A stretch of DNA of 64,000 nt from an uncultured virus (IMG/VR IMGVR_UViG_3300006735_000024) (taxonomy: Duplodnaviria > Heunggongvirae > Uroviricota > Caudoviricetes): IMG/VR virus record IMGVR_UViG_3300006735_000024, one strand, 5' to 3'. Position numbers and translations under genes: made by a program. Below are positions 28,635 through 41,100 of this stretch, piece by piece. The notes below the pieces were generated by a model, which saw only the letters and a list, made by a program, of their open reading frames with translations, was not told the DNA's origin and searched no databases. Each line of letters opens with the position of its first letter. Within the stretch, counting starts at the first letter, position 1.

Positions 28635-31397
28635 CTATTCTTGGCAGGATGGGAATCCAAAATTTATTCCGTCCATCATCCAGACGCACCTACCATCTGG
28701 AAGTTTTACTAGATCATTCATGTTTCTTGCACTTCTTCCTCCAGTACACAATTCACTAGTTTCTCCAGTACATTCGGCATTTTCACACGGATCATATTCT
28801 CCACAAATAACTTCAAAATTAGGTCTACAGTTTCTTTGACACGGGCATGATTCTTCATCGTCACCGGGACATCGCGGCCCAGTCTGATTATTATCACCGC
28901 AACCACATGTACAATCGTATCCAAAAATTGGAACTGGTTCACAACTTGCTTCTCCATCAGAGCAAGATGTTTCATAAAACACTTCGGGAGGAGTCACCGC
29001 GTAATTCATTACTGTATGAACACAGTCATCCGGTGCATCAATCCATAAATCTAGTGCATAACTTCCATCATCGGGATCTCTTGGAACCCAATCTTGCAAA
29101 CCCCAGGCTTCCCAATCAATACGTCCCGGAGAGCATTGTCTTAATGCCAAATGGAATCTTACACTGGGTTCTTCTATATCTCTAATCTCAATACCAAGCC
29201 CTTCAAATAGTTCTAGTCCGATTGGACTTGATATAAAGCCTGTGTCATAGCACTTTCTTTTTGTTCCTCTCTCTGGACAACAACAATTATATCCACATTC
29301 ATTTACGGACGGGCAAGGAATACAACCAAATGTGTTCAGGTTTGATACTTGACAACCAATTTCCTGACACGAATATTCAGAACCTACTCCCGGTCTGAAA
29401 ACGTATCTACCAACAACACCTATAGGAAATTCTCCTGACAATTCAATACATTTCTGTAATGTTACCTCTGTTTCACAACCCAAAGTAACATCAGTTGGAT
29501 CAGCACTATTTTGAACTTTAATAACATAACAACAAGTTCCAAGAACATCTTCTTCGCAAGGATTTGGAAAACAACCGATGTTATCTCCAAAGTATGTACC
29601 ACCAATTGTTTCACACTCAATTTGTGTTCTTTGTGAACATTCCTCGCCAGTACAACAGGCACCAATTTGAATAACAGTACATGAGTTATCGCATGTATCT
29701 TTATCTCGATACCATTGACCTGGTTCACAATCTATTTCATAACTTGGATCACAATTTCCAGTTTGCTGATTACAACACCATCCTATCTGATCATAACAAC
29801 AATTTGTAAATTCACACAGTGTGTCCGGGCCCATGAAAACCCCATTAGACTCCGCACATGTGGTATTTGTAGTATTGATACAACTCGAAGATTCAATGAT
29901 ACAACATGCTCCTTCGTGAACAATATGATCACAGCAATCTATCTCACCACAGAGTCCAGAAACAGGAAGTCCACCGTAAACATATTTACAAGCAACCGGA
30001 GTTATGACTCCTAGATTTGTATTTCCGTTTGTGTCTCCGAGACAAGAACCGTTTCTACAACATGCAAAATCTTCAATGTCACATGGGTTAAAACAGATGT
30101 CGCTATGGGGAGTTCCATCGGATAGAACTTCATCACAATCTACAGGAAATGGTTCTACTTCGGTGAGTTTTCCGTTAACCATTTCATAATAGAAATAATC
30201 CCAAAATTGTGCATTGAAGTAGTTACATTCTGCTGGTCCAATTCCCTCAAGACAAATTGCCTTTTCACCACCATGCCAGTCTCCACCTTCACTACAACAC
30301 ACTCCCTCTCCTATTTTTCCGCAGTTTTCTGAACAAGTGGAGAGAGGATTCCAGAAAGATTGATTCTTTAATGAACATGTGTTTTCTGGAACATAGTCTT
30401 CGCAGTCTGGAAGACCATTATCATTTATATAACAACAAGAACCCAAACCATAAACAGACTCACAACCCTCAACACCATATCCTCTTGATGCTATATTTGC
30501 ATACCAAGTTTTTCCCTTGTTGCTTGTTGATAGTCCCAAAATATCTGTTCCGCAAGAAAAGAATATATCAGTTTCATCAAAATATACATTTGAAGGCCAG
30601 TCCCATATATTATTACCATGAAGTAACATTGTAAATCTGAATGTTTCACCATCATGAAATTCACCAGTGAATCCTGCAATACCAATTGGTGTCTGTACGC
30701 TATACACAGAACCAGATGTGACACCGAGTTGAATTCCCACACCTCTACCGGCAGTCTGTCCACAATCTCCTTCGCACTCTCCTCCGTAGATTGTTACCGT
30801 TTCTTGTGTTGATATTTCTGGAACACTAACAACAATTTCTTCTGGATCATATGACCATCGATTTCCTGTAGGTCCGTGTCCAAATATAATTGTTCCCGTT
30901 AATCCTGTATCAAAGGTCAAACCAGAAACATCTGCTGTGTTACCAGCAGACAAGTAAGCAAATCTTAACCGATCTGATATTTCAGCAGTTGCGCCCTGTT
31001 GATAAACTTTGTCTCCGCTGATACCAATTGTGTTGTCTGTTTCATAAACTATTAGAGAACCTTCAGCACTAATTCCTTTAAACCAGAAAGTCATTCCTCC
31101 ACTAACTTCCTTGAAGATTCCCACACCAGAACCAGAATTTACTCCATCAGCATACCCAGATTCACCAGTAACACCTGCAACGCCATCTACTTTTATTTCA
31201 GTACCATCAGAGAGAACATAATAAACATAAGGCCATTCATGGTAACTTGAAACAACATATGTTCCAGTTACACCAATCGAACCTGTGGATCCAGTAGGTC
31301 CAGTTCCTCCAGTAAAACCACCACCAGCAGCACCCGTAGGGCCCTGTGGTCCTATTGATGCTGAAGGTATGATTGAACTACTTCCGATTACTGGCAT
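28635..31397 (-). CDS. Collagen-headed Cys-rich (GACC-repeat) putative tail fibre/adhesin, paralogue A1
   Basis: MPVIGSSSIIPSAS, G-X-T triplets, W-P--V-F...GTDI tail-like domain, multiple CC repeats, C-terminal VKLPDGRCVWMM. Confidence 0.75.
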   Translation of the reverse strand: MPVIGSSSIIPSASIGPQGPTGAAGGGFTGGTGPTGSTGSIGVTGTYVVSSYHEWPYVYYVLSDGTEIKVDGVAGVTGESGYADGVNSGSGVGIFKEVSGGMTFWFKGISAEGSLIVYETDNTIGISGDKVYQQGATAEISDRLRFAYLSAGNTADVSGLTFDTGLTGTIIFGHGPTGNRWSYDPEEIVVSVPEISTQETVTIYGGECEGDCGQTAGRGVGIQLGVTSGSVYSVQTPIGIAGFTGEFHDGETFRFTMLLHGNNIWDWPSNVYFDETDIFFSCGTDILGLSTSNKGKTWYANIASRGYGVEGCESVYGLGSCCYINDNGLPDCEDYVPENTCSLKNQSFWNPLSTCSENCGKIGEGVCCSEGGDWHGGEKAICLEGIGPAECNYFNAQFWDYFYYEMVNGKLTEVEPFPVDCDEVLSDGTPHSDICFNPCDIEDFACCRNGSCLGDTNGNTNLGVITPVACKYVYGGLPVSGLCGEIDCCDHIVHEGACCIIESSSCINTTNTTCAESNGVFMGPDTLCEFTNCCYDQIGWCCNQQTGNCDPSYEIDCEPGQWYRDKDTCDNSCTVIQIGACCTGEECSQRTQIECETIGGTYFGDNIGCFPNPCEEDVLGTCCYVIKVQNSADPTDVTLGCETEVTLQKCIELSGEFPIGVVGRYVFRPGVGSEYSCQEIGCQVSNLNTFGCIPCPSVNECGYNCCCPERGTKRKCYDTGFISSPIGLELFEGLGIEIRDIEEPSVRFHLALRQCSPGRIDWEAWGLQDWVPRDPDDGSYALDLWIDAPDDCVHTVMNYAVTPPEVFYETSCSDGEASCEPVPIFGYDCTCGCGDNNQTGPRCPGDDEESCPCQRNCRPNFEVICGEYDPCENAECTGETSELCTGGRSARNMNDLVKLPDGRCVWMMDGINFGFPSCQE

Positions 31398-31430
31398 AAA
31401 ATTATCCTATATTTACTATGTATTCAGAAA

Positions 31431-33791
31431 TCAGCACGGAGGAAACGGACAATCTTTACCACACATCATCCAAACACATGTTCCATCAGGCAATTTAACA
31501 TACGAATTTACCATTGTAGTGTCACTAATTTCTGGTGTACTCTGAACAGTTGGAGTAACATTTTCAATAAAAGTAGTAAATGGATTCGTTGCTGGACCGG
31601 GTATGGGATCGGGAGTAGTAGTGACATCAGGATCAGGAGTTGTTGGACATTCAAATTCTGGATAATCATCCCACGGATCTTCTGATGTATCATCATCTCC
31701 ACATTGAACTCCTTGAGTGAAAACTCCTTGGCAATTTTCACACTCTTCAAATGTTCCGGTAAAGGGAGTATCACTAATACAAGTAGAATCATCTGGTCTT
31801 TCATCGAAACAGCAACAACCATATGCTGTTTCACATGTATCTTCTTCGCATATTGTTCCGTTACCTAGATATATTCCACCAGCACCATAGCATAGAGTCT
31901 GTGATGTTAAGGAACAAACATCTTCTTGACAACACGCTCCATTGGGACTGCAATATACGTTATCCAATTCGTCACATGAATCTACAAAACCGTAAAACAC
32001 ACCACCAATACTTTCACAAACATTTTCATAAACTGGATATGAACAGGTTCCGTTTTTACAACAGGCACCACCTTCTCCGAAGCAGCAATTGACTTCGTTT
32101 TCACCACCATTTTGTCCCAAGCAATGTGTTTCAGGTCCCATGAACACACCACCATCAGATACACATGTGGAATATAATTCACGGTTGCAAGAACCTTCAC
32201 TGCTGTCTGATTCAGATTGTCTGCAACAAGCGCCTTCGTGTTCGATATAATCACAACAATCAACTTCACCACAAAGTTGTCCAAGAACAGGAACACCACC
32301 AAATACATACCTACACGATACAGGTGATATAAGTCCCAAGAAAGTTGAACCAGAATTATCACCGATACATTTTCCGTTTTTGCAACACGAAATTAATTGT
32401 TCATCACAAGAACCAACACATAATTTATTACTCAATGATTCTGAAGAGTCCCCATATAAAAATCCTTGGCCTTCATTTGCACAACCATACTGAGAACATG
32501 GCAGTTGTCCGCCACAAATAATCTCCATAGGTTCATCGAGTTTCTTCAGTCTCAAATCTGTGCTAGTGTTTTCCACATATTTGTAGGTATCATAAAATTT
32601 ACCATAGAAGAAAGCACATTCGTTTGGACCTATATTGTCATTACATATCGCTTCCCCACCAAAGAGTCCCCAATCTCCACCCGGACTACAGCACACTCCT
32701 CCGGTATTACCACAGTTGTCAGCACACGTTGATAGCGGGTTCCAACTAATGCTGTTATATACATTTTTGCATGTTTCTTCTGTTATATAATCTCTACAGT
32801 TTATGTTTCCACCATTGTCTATATAGCAACAAGAACCAACACCATAAACAGAATCACAATCATCGGTTCCATATCCTCTTGCTGAAACTGTACCATACCA
32901 CGACACTCCTCCGTCTTCTGAAAGAATGTTTAAAACATCTGTGCCACAAGAGAAGAATCTATCCTGTTTATCAAAATACAAATTTGCAGGGAAATCCCAC
33001 AACGCATTTCCCTTGAGAAGTATTGTAAAGTTTATGAGTTCTTCGGGACTAAATTCACCAGTGAATCCTGCAATACCAATTGGTGTTTGTATTTCATAAA
33101 CTGTACCGGCGGTAACACCAAGTTGAATTCCCACACCTCTACCGGCGGTAGGTCCACAGTCACCCTCACAAATTTCTCCATAGATTGTTACTGTTTCTTC
33201 TGATTCAATTTCAGAAATTGGAACTACTATTTCTTCTGGATCATATGACCATCGATTCCCTGTAGGTCCATGACCAAATATAATTGTCTCGGTAAGTCCA
33301 GTATCAAAAGTTAAACCAGAAACATCCGCCGTGTTTCCGTGTGAAAGATAAGCAAATCTCAACCTGTCTGATATTTCAGCAGTTAAACCCTCCTGATAAA
33401 GTTTATCGCCACTAATACCAATCGTGTTGTCTGTTTCATAAACAATCAATGAACCTTCTGCACTAATTCCTTTGAACCAGAAAGTCATTCCTCCGCTAAC
33501 TTCTTTAAAGATTCCTATACCAGAACCAGAATTAACTCCGTCAGCGACACTGGTTTCCCCTGTGTTACCTTTCAGTCCCTCTATTTTTATCTCTGTACCG
33601 TCTGATAGGGTTAGGAATAAATTCGGATCAATGTGGTAAGTTGAAACGACATATGTTCCAGTAATTCCGGTAGGTCCGGTCGGTCCTGTCGGACCAGTGC
33701 TTCCAGTAAAACCACCACCACTAGCACCACTAGGACCTTGAGGGCCTCTTGATGCTGAAGGTATGATTGAACTACTTCCGATTACTGGCAT
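31431..33791 (-). CDS. Collagen-headed Cys-rich (GACC-repeat) putative tail fibre/adhesin, paralogue A2
   Basis: N-terminal ~350 aa highly similar to A1; C-terminal VKLPDGTCVWMM. Confidence 0.75.
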   Translation of the reverse strand: MPVIGSSSIIPSASRGPQGPSGASGGGFTGSTGPTGPTGPTGITGTYVVSTYHIDPNLFLTLSDGTEIKIEGLKGNTGETSVADGVNSGSGIGIFKEVSGGMTFWFKGISAEGSLIVYETDNTIGISGDKLYQEGLTAEISDRLRFAYLSHGNTADVSGLTFDTGLTETIIFGHGPTGNRWSYDPEEIVVPISEIESEETVTIYGEICEGDCGPTAGRGVGIQLGVTAGTVYEIQTPIGIAGFTGEFSPEELINFTILLKGNALWDFPANLYFDKQDRFFSCGTDVLNILSEDGGVSWYGTVSARGYGTDDCDSVYGVGSCCYIDNGGNINCRDYITEETCKNVYNSISWNPLSTCADNCGNTGGVCCSPGGDWGLFGGEAICNDNIGPNECAFFYGKFYDTYKYVENTSTDLRLKKLDEPMEIICGGQLPCSQYGCANEGQGFLYGDSSESLSNKLCVGSCDEQLISCCKNGKCIGDNSGSTFLGLISPVSCRYVFGGVPVLGQLCGEVDCCDYIEHEGACCRQSESDSSEGSCNRELYSTCVSDGGVFMGPETHCLGQNGGENEVNCCFGEGGACCKNGTCSYPVYENVCESIGGVFYGFVDSCDELDNVYCSPNGACCQEDVCSLTSQTLCYGAGGIYLGNGTICEEDTCETAYGCCCFDERPDDSTCISDTPFTGTFEECENCQGVFTQGVQCGDDDTSEDPWDDYPEFECPTTPDPDVTTTPDPIPGPATNPFTTFIENVTPTVQSTPEISDTTMVNSYVKLPDGTCVWMMCGKDCPFPPC

Positions 33792-33813
33792 AAAGTTATC
33801 CTATATTTAGTAT

Positions 33814-36800
33814 CTATTCACAAACAGCATTACATTGATCTTCTAAAGGATACCAGTCAAACCCGTTATTTTCACATTCACTTTTGAGAGTTTCTGGACA
33901 GAACCCACCATTAGCACTTCTACTTCTTCTCTCCGCAGAGGATTTGGGAACTAATCCTGTCAATGCCTTTATATGTACATTCCACAATTCGTTAACCATA
34001 TCTTCTCCGAATTCCTTTATAGGATCTGTTGAATTTGCTATGAAATCCCAACCTTCGTATCTGTTTGCTAATTCTTGAATTTCTTTTGTTGCTACACACT
34101 TACAGTAAGGATATTCTCCAAGGCAATTTCCCGATTCGGTGAAAGGTTCAACGAGCCAAAATTCTTGTTCATTTCCGAACTCATCACTATCGGGACCAGG
34201 ACATTGAGGATCATCGACATCGGTATCAAAACATGCACAACCACCACCCGGCGGACAACCATTGTGTGTTTGTCCACCATCAGGTGGTTGCTGACGAGAG
34301 CAACATACTTGATCAGTCGCACATGGTGAATCGGGACAGTCTACGGACAGATTTCCTCCAATTAAGTCTGGACATGAAACATCACCTTTGCAACAAAAAG
34401 TACATGGTTCCTGTCCATCCGCATATAACTGCTCGTCACCATCATATCCTTCAGGACAATCTTCGTCAAAGTAATCAACATAACTTCCACCGTCAGTACC
34501 TCTGGCACAACCTCCCCTTGCCCAGATATCCTTTATGCAGTATGTACCAAAGTCAAGTTCACAGCATACATTCCCGGGCACATATGATCCAATCGCTCCA
34601 TCAAACCCCGGCCAAGGTTCACCCGATTTCCAAGGTTGATTTGGATTGCTCTTTAGACACGCACATCCTCTCCAATCCGTTTGCTCTATCCATTCGTTTT
34701 GAGACAAACAACAACCAAACCCATCATCTACCGAGTTATTATCCGAGACAGGTCCGCATCCAGCAAAACTATTATCTGCATCTGGTTCTGCCGACCACAG
34801 ATAAGGGTTGCAATCGTAAGCAACTTGTTGTTTGGTAGGACCTCCACCAACCCCATCTGGATTAGCGTCATCAGGATATCCATTTGGATAGTATGCAGCC
34901 CTTTGTCCCAGTGGACTATGTTCGCTTCCATCTGCATTGAATTGAGCCCCGCGTGCGCCGTAGTTACGACACACATAAGAAGAAAGTTCCGGGTTTGGAT
35001 CCCACGGATTTGTGAAACCACCATATTCAAGGCTGCACTTTATCTCCTCAAGTGTGTCATCGGGGGGACAACGCGAAACAAACACCGAAGGCGAACATCC
35101 CTTATCGTATGGATTGTATGGTGATGGTGATACACCCTTCGCCGGTGAAAACGGATTGTCTGCTGGATAATCTGGGTGAGACCATGCTCTGTACCCGTTT
35201 GGTTCTGGAATATAAATGTCGGATAGAGGATTGATCCAAGGATGTCCTTCTGGTAAGTCTTGATAATTATACCAGTACGAAACTCCTTTTGTTCCCCAAA
35301 TCTCTTCATTTTGATACGTTTTCATCAAATCTAAACATTCAAAGTATGTGAGGTCTTCAAAGGCAATTGGACCAGGTAATCCCGCATAGGTTTCTGATAA
35401 ATCCCGCCTCAGTACACAAACACCCAAGTCGTCATATACAATATCACATATACCTTCATCATCACATGAAGTACCAACTCCCTTAAACTCACCATCGTTC
35501 TCGATACACTCTGTACCTGTTTCAATAGTGCAATTAGTTATTGGTAAGAAAGGATCAGGTCTACAACATGCACCAGTATTAAATTTTGGTGGGTTGCAAC
35601 AATATCCTAGAGGATCGTCTTCTTCTGACTCAAAGTCAGAATGACAACAACATTCCCAACACGTTCCATCTGCAAGAAGAATGCTTCCGCATGATTGGAA
35701 TGTTTCTCCTTCTCCAAGAGCCTGTTCAGCACATATTGCAGAATATATTTCCAAGTATGAAGAAGTTAAATCGTCTGCACTTAATGCAATTTTTTCATAT
35801 TCTGGACCAGATGAGAAACTACTCAACGACGAATCAAATTCTCCAAGTTGAACGGTGTATATAATAACACCCATTTCTTTGAGTTGATTTGCTAACAGAA
35901 TTGATTCTTCAGTACAATTGGGGTTTTGTGCGCCATCACCCAATAACACAAGAACAGGTAGTGCTACTCCAGGTCTTGCTCTTGCACTTTCAAATTCTTC
36001 AATAACTCTATTGAATCCATTTGTAGTACAAGTAGCACCGTCTGGTAATGTTCTTAATTGGTTAATTTTACTTTCAAATATATCTTGATTAAAAGTTAAT
36101 TGTTGATGTAAAATACCTTCAAGATTAAATGTTGCACATCCTAGTTTATCGGTTGCAGGATTTGTTTGATCAACAATAGTTAAAACCGCATCGCATGTTG
36201 CATCGATTGCTTTGATTGTTCCTCCTTCTCCATCGGGAATGGGAGAAAGCATACTAGTGCTTAAATCAACCATAAAAATAATGTCTGATTTTTTATTATA
36301 ACAGCAACCAATTCCAGTAGTGCATCTTGAACTACCATCTGGTAAAATACAAGCAGAATTACATCCATTCCAACAAACACTTTTATATTCTGGGTTGTTA
36401 TTTAATGCAGTACAATCATCAGAATTTAGTTGCGAGCAACTCCAACTTCCGTCAGTTCTTTCGGTGCAACAAGCACCAATACAATCACTAGTACCTGAAT
36501 TACAAGTTCCGCAAGCACAAGCACAACATTGGGGTGCATTGTCTGGATTTTCTTCATAATCAGGACCACAATATCCAATCGAGTCTGCTGCACATATGTT
36601 TAGTTCAGGATCACTTGATATTTCTTGTGACCAACCCAAACAACCTAGACACGGAGGGGGACCTCCATTTCCATCGATACAATTTCCTTCTGAATCTATA
36701 GGACCTATTACGGTTCCATCTTCATTTTCACCACAATCATGTGGAGCATATGTTCCCGTGTTTCTATAAGGACCGGCACAACTAGAACCTATTCCCCAGA

Positions 36801-38145
36801 AGATTCCCTTAGACTCTCCATCAGTTGCAAGCATTTCACGACACAGAGTCGGTGTTGTCTCGTAACACATTTCATCCAAACAACATGCACCAGTGTTTAC
36901 TTCTAAACAACAATTCACTTCAGAACATGGTGCATCAAACCAAGAACTGTTTGGAAAGAATGAACATTCATATTCTGTATAATCATAACAGAACTGATCT
37001 ATGCAACAAGCACCTCTGTTGAAACAAGGAGAAGGACAACCATTATCAAGATCGGAATCTGTACCACTTCCTAAAGCCTGAATATCATCGCAGGTTAAAT
37101 TGGGAGTAAAGAATCCTCCATATGTTTCTTCGCATTTTTCTCTGCTTGTATGAACACATTCTCCATTTACACAACACGATCCTTCGATGTAACAGTTTGG
37201 ACCTTCTGGTCTATACAGACAAGTTTCAAAATCGAAAACTCCCCCAATCTCTGTACAATAGTTTTCTGAAACGTAATCTACACAGCCTGTGCTAGACGAA
37301 TATTCGCCTTCCTTTTCACAGAAACAACAGGAACCTATTCGAGAACCTGTGTCATATATTGCTCCATGAGTCACTCCCGCAAATCGGTATATTACATTCT
37401 CATCTCCGGTTTTTCCTAAATGAATTCCACTGCTCGTTGCAGTCATTCCATTGATATCATAATCAACATCAACCACATATTCAAAGAGAACTGCGGTCCC
37501 ATCAACATCTGCTGTTCCTGCAATTGGAGAAGTATTTTCTGGAGTTGATAAAAGTGTGTTGCTTCCTGAAGATTCTCTAAAACTTAATACTCTTGCAGTA
37601 AGTTGATCGCCACTCCAGAAGGTATTCAACGCACCATGTGCGGAAGCACCACTAAAGTTATAAACAAGTTCACCTGTGTTACCTAATCTACCTTGAGCGT
37701 ATGCAACACCATTGAGAAGAATTGTATAATCAGAAGTTGCACCAATCGAAATATCTTTACCACTAACTGTAAGTGATTTGAAATATGCAGTAATACCATT
37801 TTTGACTTGGAAAATTTGTCCGTATTCAGGTCCTTCAATTGCATTAATGATCTGGAAATTCTCAGAATCAGTTGCACCCGTATCACCTCTTGCTCCACTT
37901 ACACCAACTGTGCTTCCGTCTGTTAGATAAAATGTAATCAAGTCGTTGCCATACGAACCACCGATTCCACCACTTGCTCCCGTCGCAGATATAATACCAA
38001 CTCCAACCGAACCGATGGAACCAGTAGCACCTGCCGCACCAGTTGCTCCGGTAGGACCAGTAGGCCCTATCGGACCAGCATCTCCGGTTAATCCGTTGAT
38101 ACCACTGGTGTTTAATATTCTACTAGAACCCTGAATCGATGGCAT
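33814..38145 (-). CDS. Collagen-headed Cys-rich putative adhesin with a vWA domain, paralogue B1
   Basis: MPSIQGSSRIL, GXT triplets, GACC repeats; vWA with DIIFMVDLSTSM (MIDAS DxSxS), VLVLLGDG, GVIIYTV. Confidence 0.78.
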   Translation of the reverse strand: MPSIQGSSRILNTSGINGLTGDAGPIGPTGPTGATGAAGATGSIGSVGVGIISATGASGGIGGSYGNDLITFYLTDGSTVGVSGARGDTGATDSENFQIINAIEGPEYGQIFQVKNGITAYFKSLTVSGKDISIGATSDYTILLNGVAYAQGRLGNTGELVYNFSGASAHGALNTFWSGDQLTARVLSFRESSGSNTLLSTPENTSPIAGTADVDGTAVLFEYVVDVDYDINGMTATSSGIHLGKTGDENVIYRFAGVTHGAIYDTGSRIGSCCFCEKEGEYSSSTGCVDYVSENYCTEIGGVFDFETCLYRPEGPNCYIEGSCCVNGECVHTSREKCEETYGGFFTPNLTCDDIQALGSGTDSDLDNGCPSPCFNRGACCIDQFCYDYTEYECSFFPNSSWFDAPCSEVNCCLEVNTGACCLDEMCYETTPTLCREMLATDGESKGIFWGIGSSCAGPYRNTGTYAPHDCGENEDGTVIGPIDSEGNCIDGNGGPPPCLGCLGWSQEISSDPELNICAADSIGYCGPDYEENPDNAPQCCACACGTCNSGTSDCIGACCTERTDGSWSCSQLNSDDCTALNNNPEYKSVCWNGCNSACILPDGSSRCTTGIGCCYNKKSDIIFMVDLSTSMLSPIPDGEGGTIKAIDATCDAVLTIVDQTNPATDKLGCATFNLEGILHQQLTFNQDIFESKINQLRTLPDGATCTTNGFNRVIEEFESARARPGVALPVLVLLGDGAQNPNCTEESILLANQLKEMGVIIYTVQLGEFDSSLSSFSSGPEYEKIALSADDLTSSYLEIYSAICAEQALGEGETFQSCGSILLADGTCWECCCHSDFESEEDDPLGYCCNPPKFNTGACCRPDPFLPITNCTIETGTECIENDGEFKGVGTSCDDEGICDIVYDDLGVCVLRRDLSETYAGLPGPIAFEDLTYFECLDLMKTYQNEEIWGTKGVSYWYNYQDLPEGHPWINPLSDIYIPEPNGYRAWSHPDYPADNPFSPAKGVSPSPYNPYDKGCSPSVFVSRCPPDDTLEEIKCSLEYGGFTNPWDPNPELSSYVCRNYGARGAQFNADGSEHSPLGQRAAYYPNGYPDDANPDGVGGGPTKQQVAYDCNPYLWSAEPDADNSFAGCGPVSDNNSVDDGFGCCLSQNEWIEQTDWRGCACLKSNPNQPWKSGEPWPGFDGAIGSYVPGNVCCELDFGTYCIKDIWARGGCARGTDGGSYVDYFDEDCPEGYDGDEQLYADGQEPCTFCCKGDVSCPDLIGGNLSVDCPDSPCATDQVCCSRQQPPDGGQTHNGCPPGGGCACFDTDVDDPQCPGPDSDEFGNEQEFWLVEPFTESGNCLGEYPYCKCVATKEIQELANRYEGWDFIANSTDPIKEFGEDMVNELWNVHIKALTGLVPKSSAERRSRSANGGFCPETLKSECENNGFDWYPLEDQCNAVCE

Positions 38146-38173
38146 AATTAAATCCTATACTTTAATGCTAAAC

Positions 38174-38181
38174 TATTTATA
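38174..38181 (-). promoter_or_regulatory. T4-type late promoter TATAAATA
   Basis: Exact consensus upstream of B1. Confidence 0.7.
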
Positions 38182-38189
38182 AGCACCAT

Positions 38190-41100
38190 TCATCCTTCCT
38201 GAATCGGGGGAGGCGGCCCTTCACCACAACATTGATGACCATCACAGCATTCCTGTTCACATGCGGCCTCGGTGCATTTCTGGCCACAAAATGGAGGACA
38301 GGGTCCTTGTGCGTTTATCGTGTGGGGACAACACCAGTTCGCGTCCGTAGGCTCTCCCTGACCTAAATCATTGGGAACCGGGCCGCACTTCTTCAGTTTA
38401 CATTCCTCTTCTGTTATGTACCCATGATAACATTCACAAATTACGCCACCGGGAGCGGTGGTGTCAGTTCTATATTTGTGAGGGTGTTTACAGCAACAAT
38501 GTCCGAGCGTCGTACCGTTCAGATGACATACTCCCGGCTCCACCTCGAAGTAACCATCAGGACATTCCCATCCATCTTCAGGAGCGCATAATCCGAACTC
38601 TAGTGGACCGCAATATAAATCGCCTTGGTATTCGTATCCGTTGCATGGATACTCACCATAGTCTGCACGGGGAGCAGTCTGTACAGTTGGGCAGTCAATG
38701 ACGATCTCAGGTGGTTTGATACCCATACACTCTTGTGCAGGGGGACCAATAATGACAGCAGGTCTTTCTTCTTCAACACCTTCGACTTCAACCGTAAACA
38801 TTACTTGAGGAGACAGGCCGGCAAGTATACGCAATTTAGGATCAAGTACCTCTGTTCCAAAAGCATCACTATTTTTATATAGTTGATCAATAGCACCATC
38901 GATTGGTCTGAATATCAAAGCGGGATTTCCCAGAGCATCTGTTGTCCAAATACTTCTTCTATTGAGAGATAATCCCGGATTCACACCTGTATTACAAGCA
39001 CTACATTCCCAAGAAGATTTAGTTACTATCGATGGACCACCGCAATATTTATAGATAGCCTCAGTCTGACAGAATGTACACCAAGGTTCTTCTGGTAATT
39101 CTGGGCAAGTCTTACCTCCCTCATCATCTTCCACTGGAGGCCGGGAACCTTGACACCCACAACCATACGGAGGAATAGATTGCGTAGCCCATTCTTTCTG
39201 CTGACAACATAATCCCATATCAGAGTCACCCAACCGATATTCTTCTGGAACACTGAAGCGTCCAGGCGCATCTATACCACCGAAGTAATATCCACATGTA
39301 TTCGAGCCAAGATCAGGTGTAAGAGAAAATGGTAAAGTGAAGGTAGTACCACCGAGAGTGTATGTGCTTCCACAAGACGTTCCTGGTCCTGCCCATAGAT
39401 ATTCGACATCTGGTGCTTGCATTCCAACTGGTGGTGTTGAATCTCCTGTCTCCTCATATATGGCAGGAAGTTTACTTGCACATTCGGCCTCGGTTACCTC
39501 AACACATAATGCGTTCCGAGCAGAGCAACATGCACCCAGCATGTAAATCGAACAATCTACATCATTATCATTACAAGTTGTTTCGGGACCTTGCCAATAA
39601 CCATTACTTGCAGCACAATTAGTTTCTTCTCTAATTTCACATGTTCCATCTTGGAAGCAACAAGCACCTTCAGCAGTAAATGCCTGACAAGCATCGCAAC
39701 TCACACCAACTCCGAGGAATGTAGAGGTTCCAAAGCAGGCAGTTTCATTGGTTTGAGTGCAGTCGGCATTAGCAGCATCACAACAAGCACCATCACATGT
39801 AGTGTCATTACACAGTGTATTAAATACTGTTGTTCCACCAAGACCGGCACAATCTTCTGGGGGTATATCGTCTACACAGAAACCAGTAATACAACACGCA
39901 TTGGTGTCTTTATCATCGGGACATGGACCTTCCGTCCAACCGGAATCATTTCCATTGTATTGTTCACAGTAACATTTAGAAGTTTCTCCTATCTGCACTT
40001 CACCATCTAGGCAACATCCTATAATTTCATTCGGACATCCTTGATTTCCATTCTCCGACGAACAATCACCCGAAGTCCATGTCACATCTTGATAATCACC
40101 ATCTGGGTAACAAGGAACTGTTCCAGCCTCAGCACCTACATCTGCTAAATTCTCACAATCATAGAATAATTTATTACCAGTTTCATCGCAATGATAACTT
40201 TCTTCGCCGGGGTTTCCTCCCCACCAGCAACAACTTCCGCAACATTCATGATTAGTATCCGAATACCATATAGTTGGATATTCTTGAGTGGAAAGCGAAT
40301 CGCAAATAGTTTCCGTAATAGGAACACCACTGGCAGTACATGGTCTTGGTTGACCGTTAATATTATATGCTCCACCACAACATATTCCTACTTCATCACA
40401 ACCAGCATCTGCACAACTTAAACCTTCGTTGAATTTACCGTCACAATCTTCTTCGGTAGAATCATCAGTACAAGTACCATCACTATTACAACATGCACCA
40501 GTTATGATAGTATCACAAGAACTGCAAGTTAAATCTTCTTTAAACTCACCTCCAGTAATATCGCATTGCTCTTCTGTAGCCTCTTCGATACAAGAACCAT
40601 CCGTATAGCAGCAAGCACCAAGCGGAGATTGAAGTGTGTCGCAAATACTGCATGTAGAATCTTGATAGAAAGTACCACCACTATTGCTACATGTTATCTC
40701 ATCTATAAGTTGACAATTATCAAACTCATAGCAACATGCCCCTTGAGGGTTACTGCATGGATTTGATTCACAAGTCTGTCCTTCTAGGAAATATCCACCA
40801 CTATTGTTGCATTCTTCGACTGTTACATATGAACACGTTTGATCCACACAACATGCACCCAGTTCGACTGGCGGTTCTTCGTCTTCTTCTTTTGTTTCAC
40901 AACAACATTCCCAGCATGTTCCATCGACAGTGATAATTGTACTACATGATTCTAAATTTGAACCGCAGACATTACACCCATATTGACCGTCACCAGTATC
41001 ACAGGGACAATAGACATCATCAGCAGCACATATGTTTATTGTAGGATCAGAAGAAATTTCTTGAGTCCAACCAACACAATCTGTACATGGAGGTAAATCT

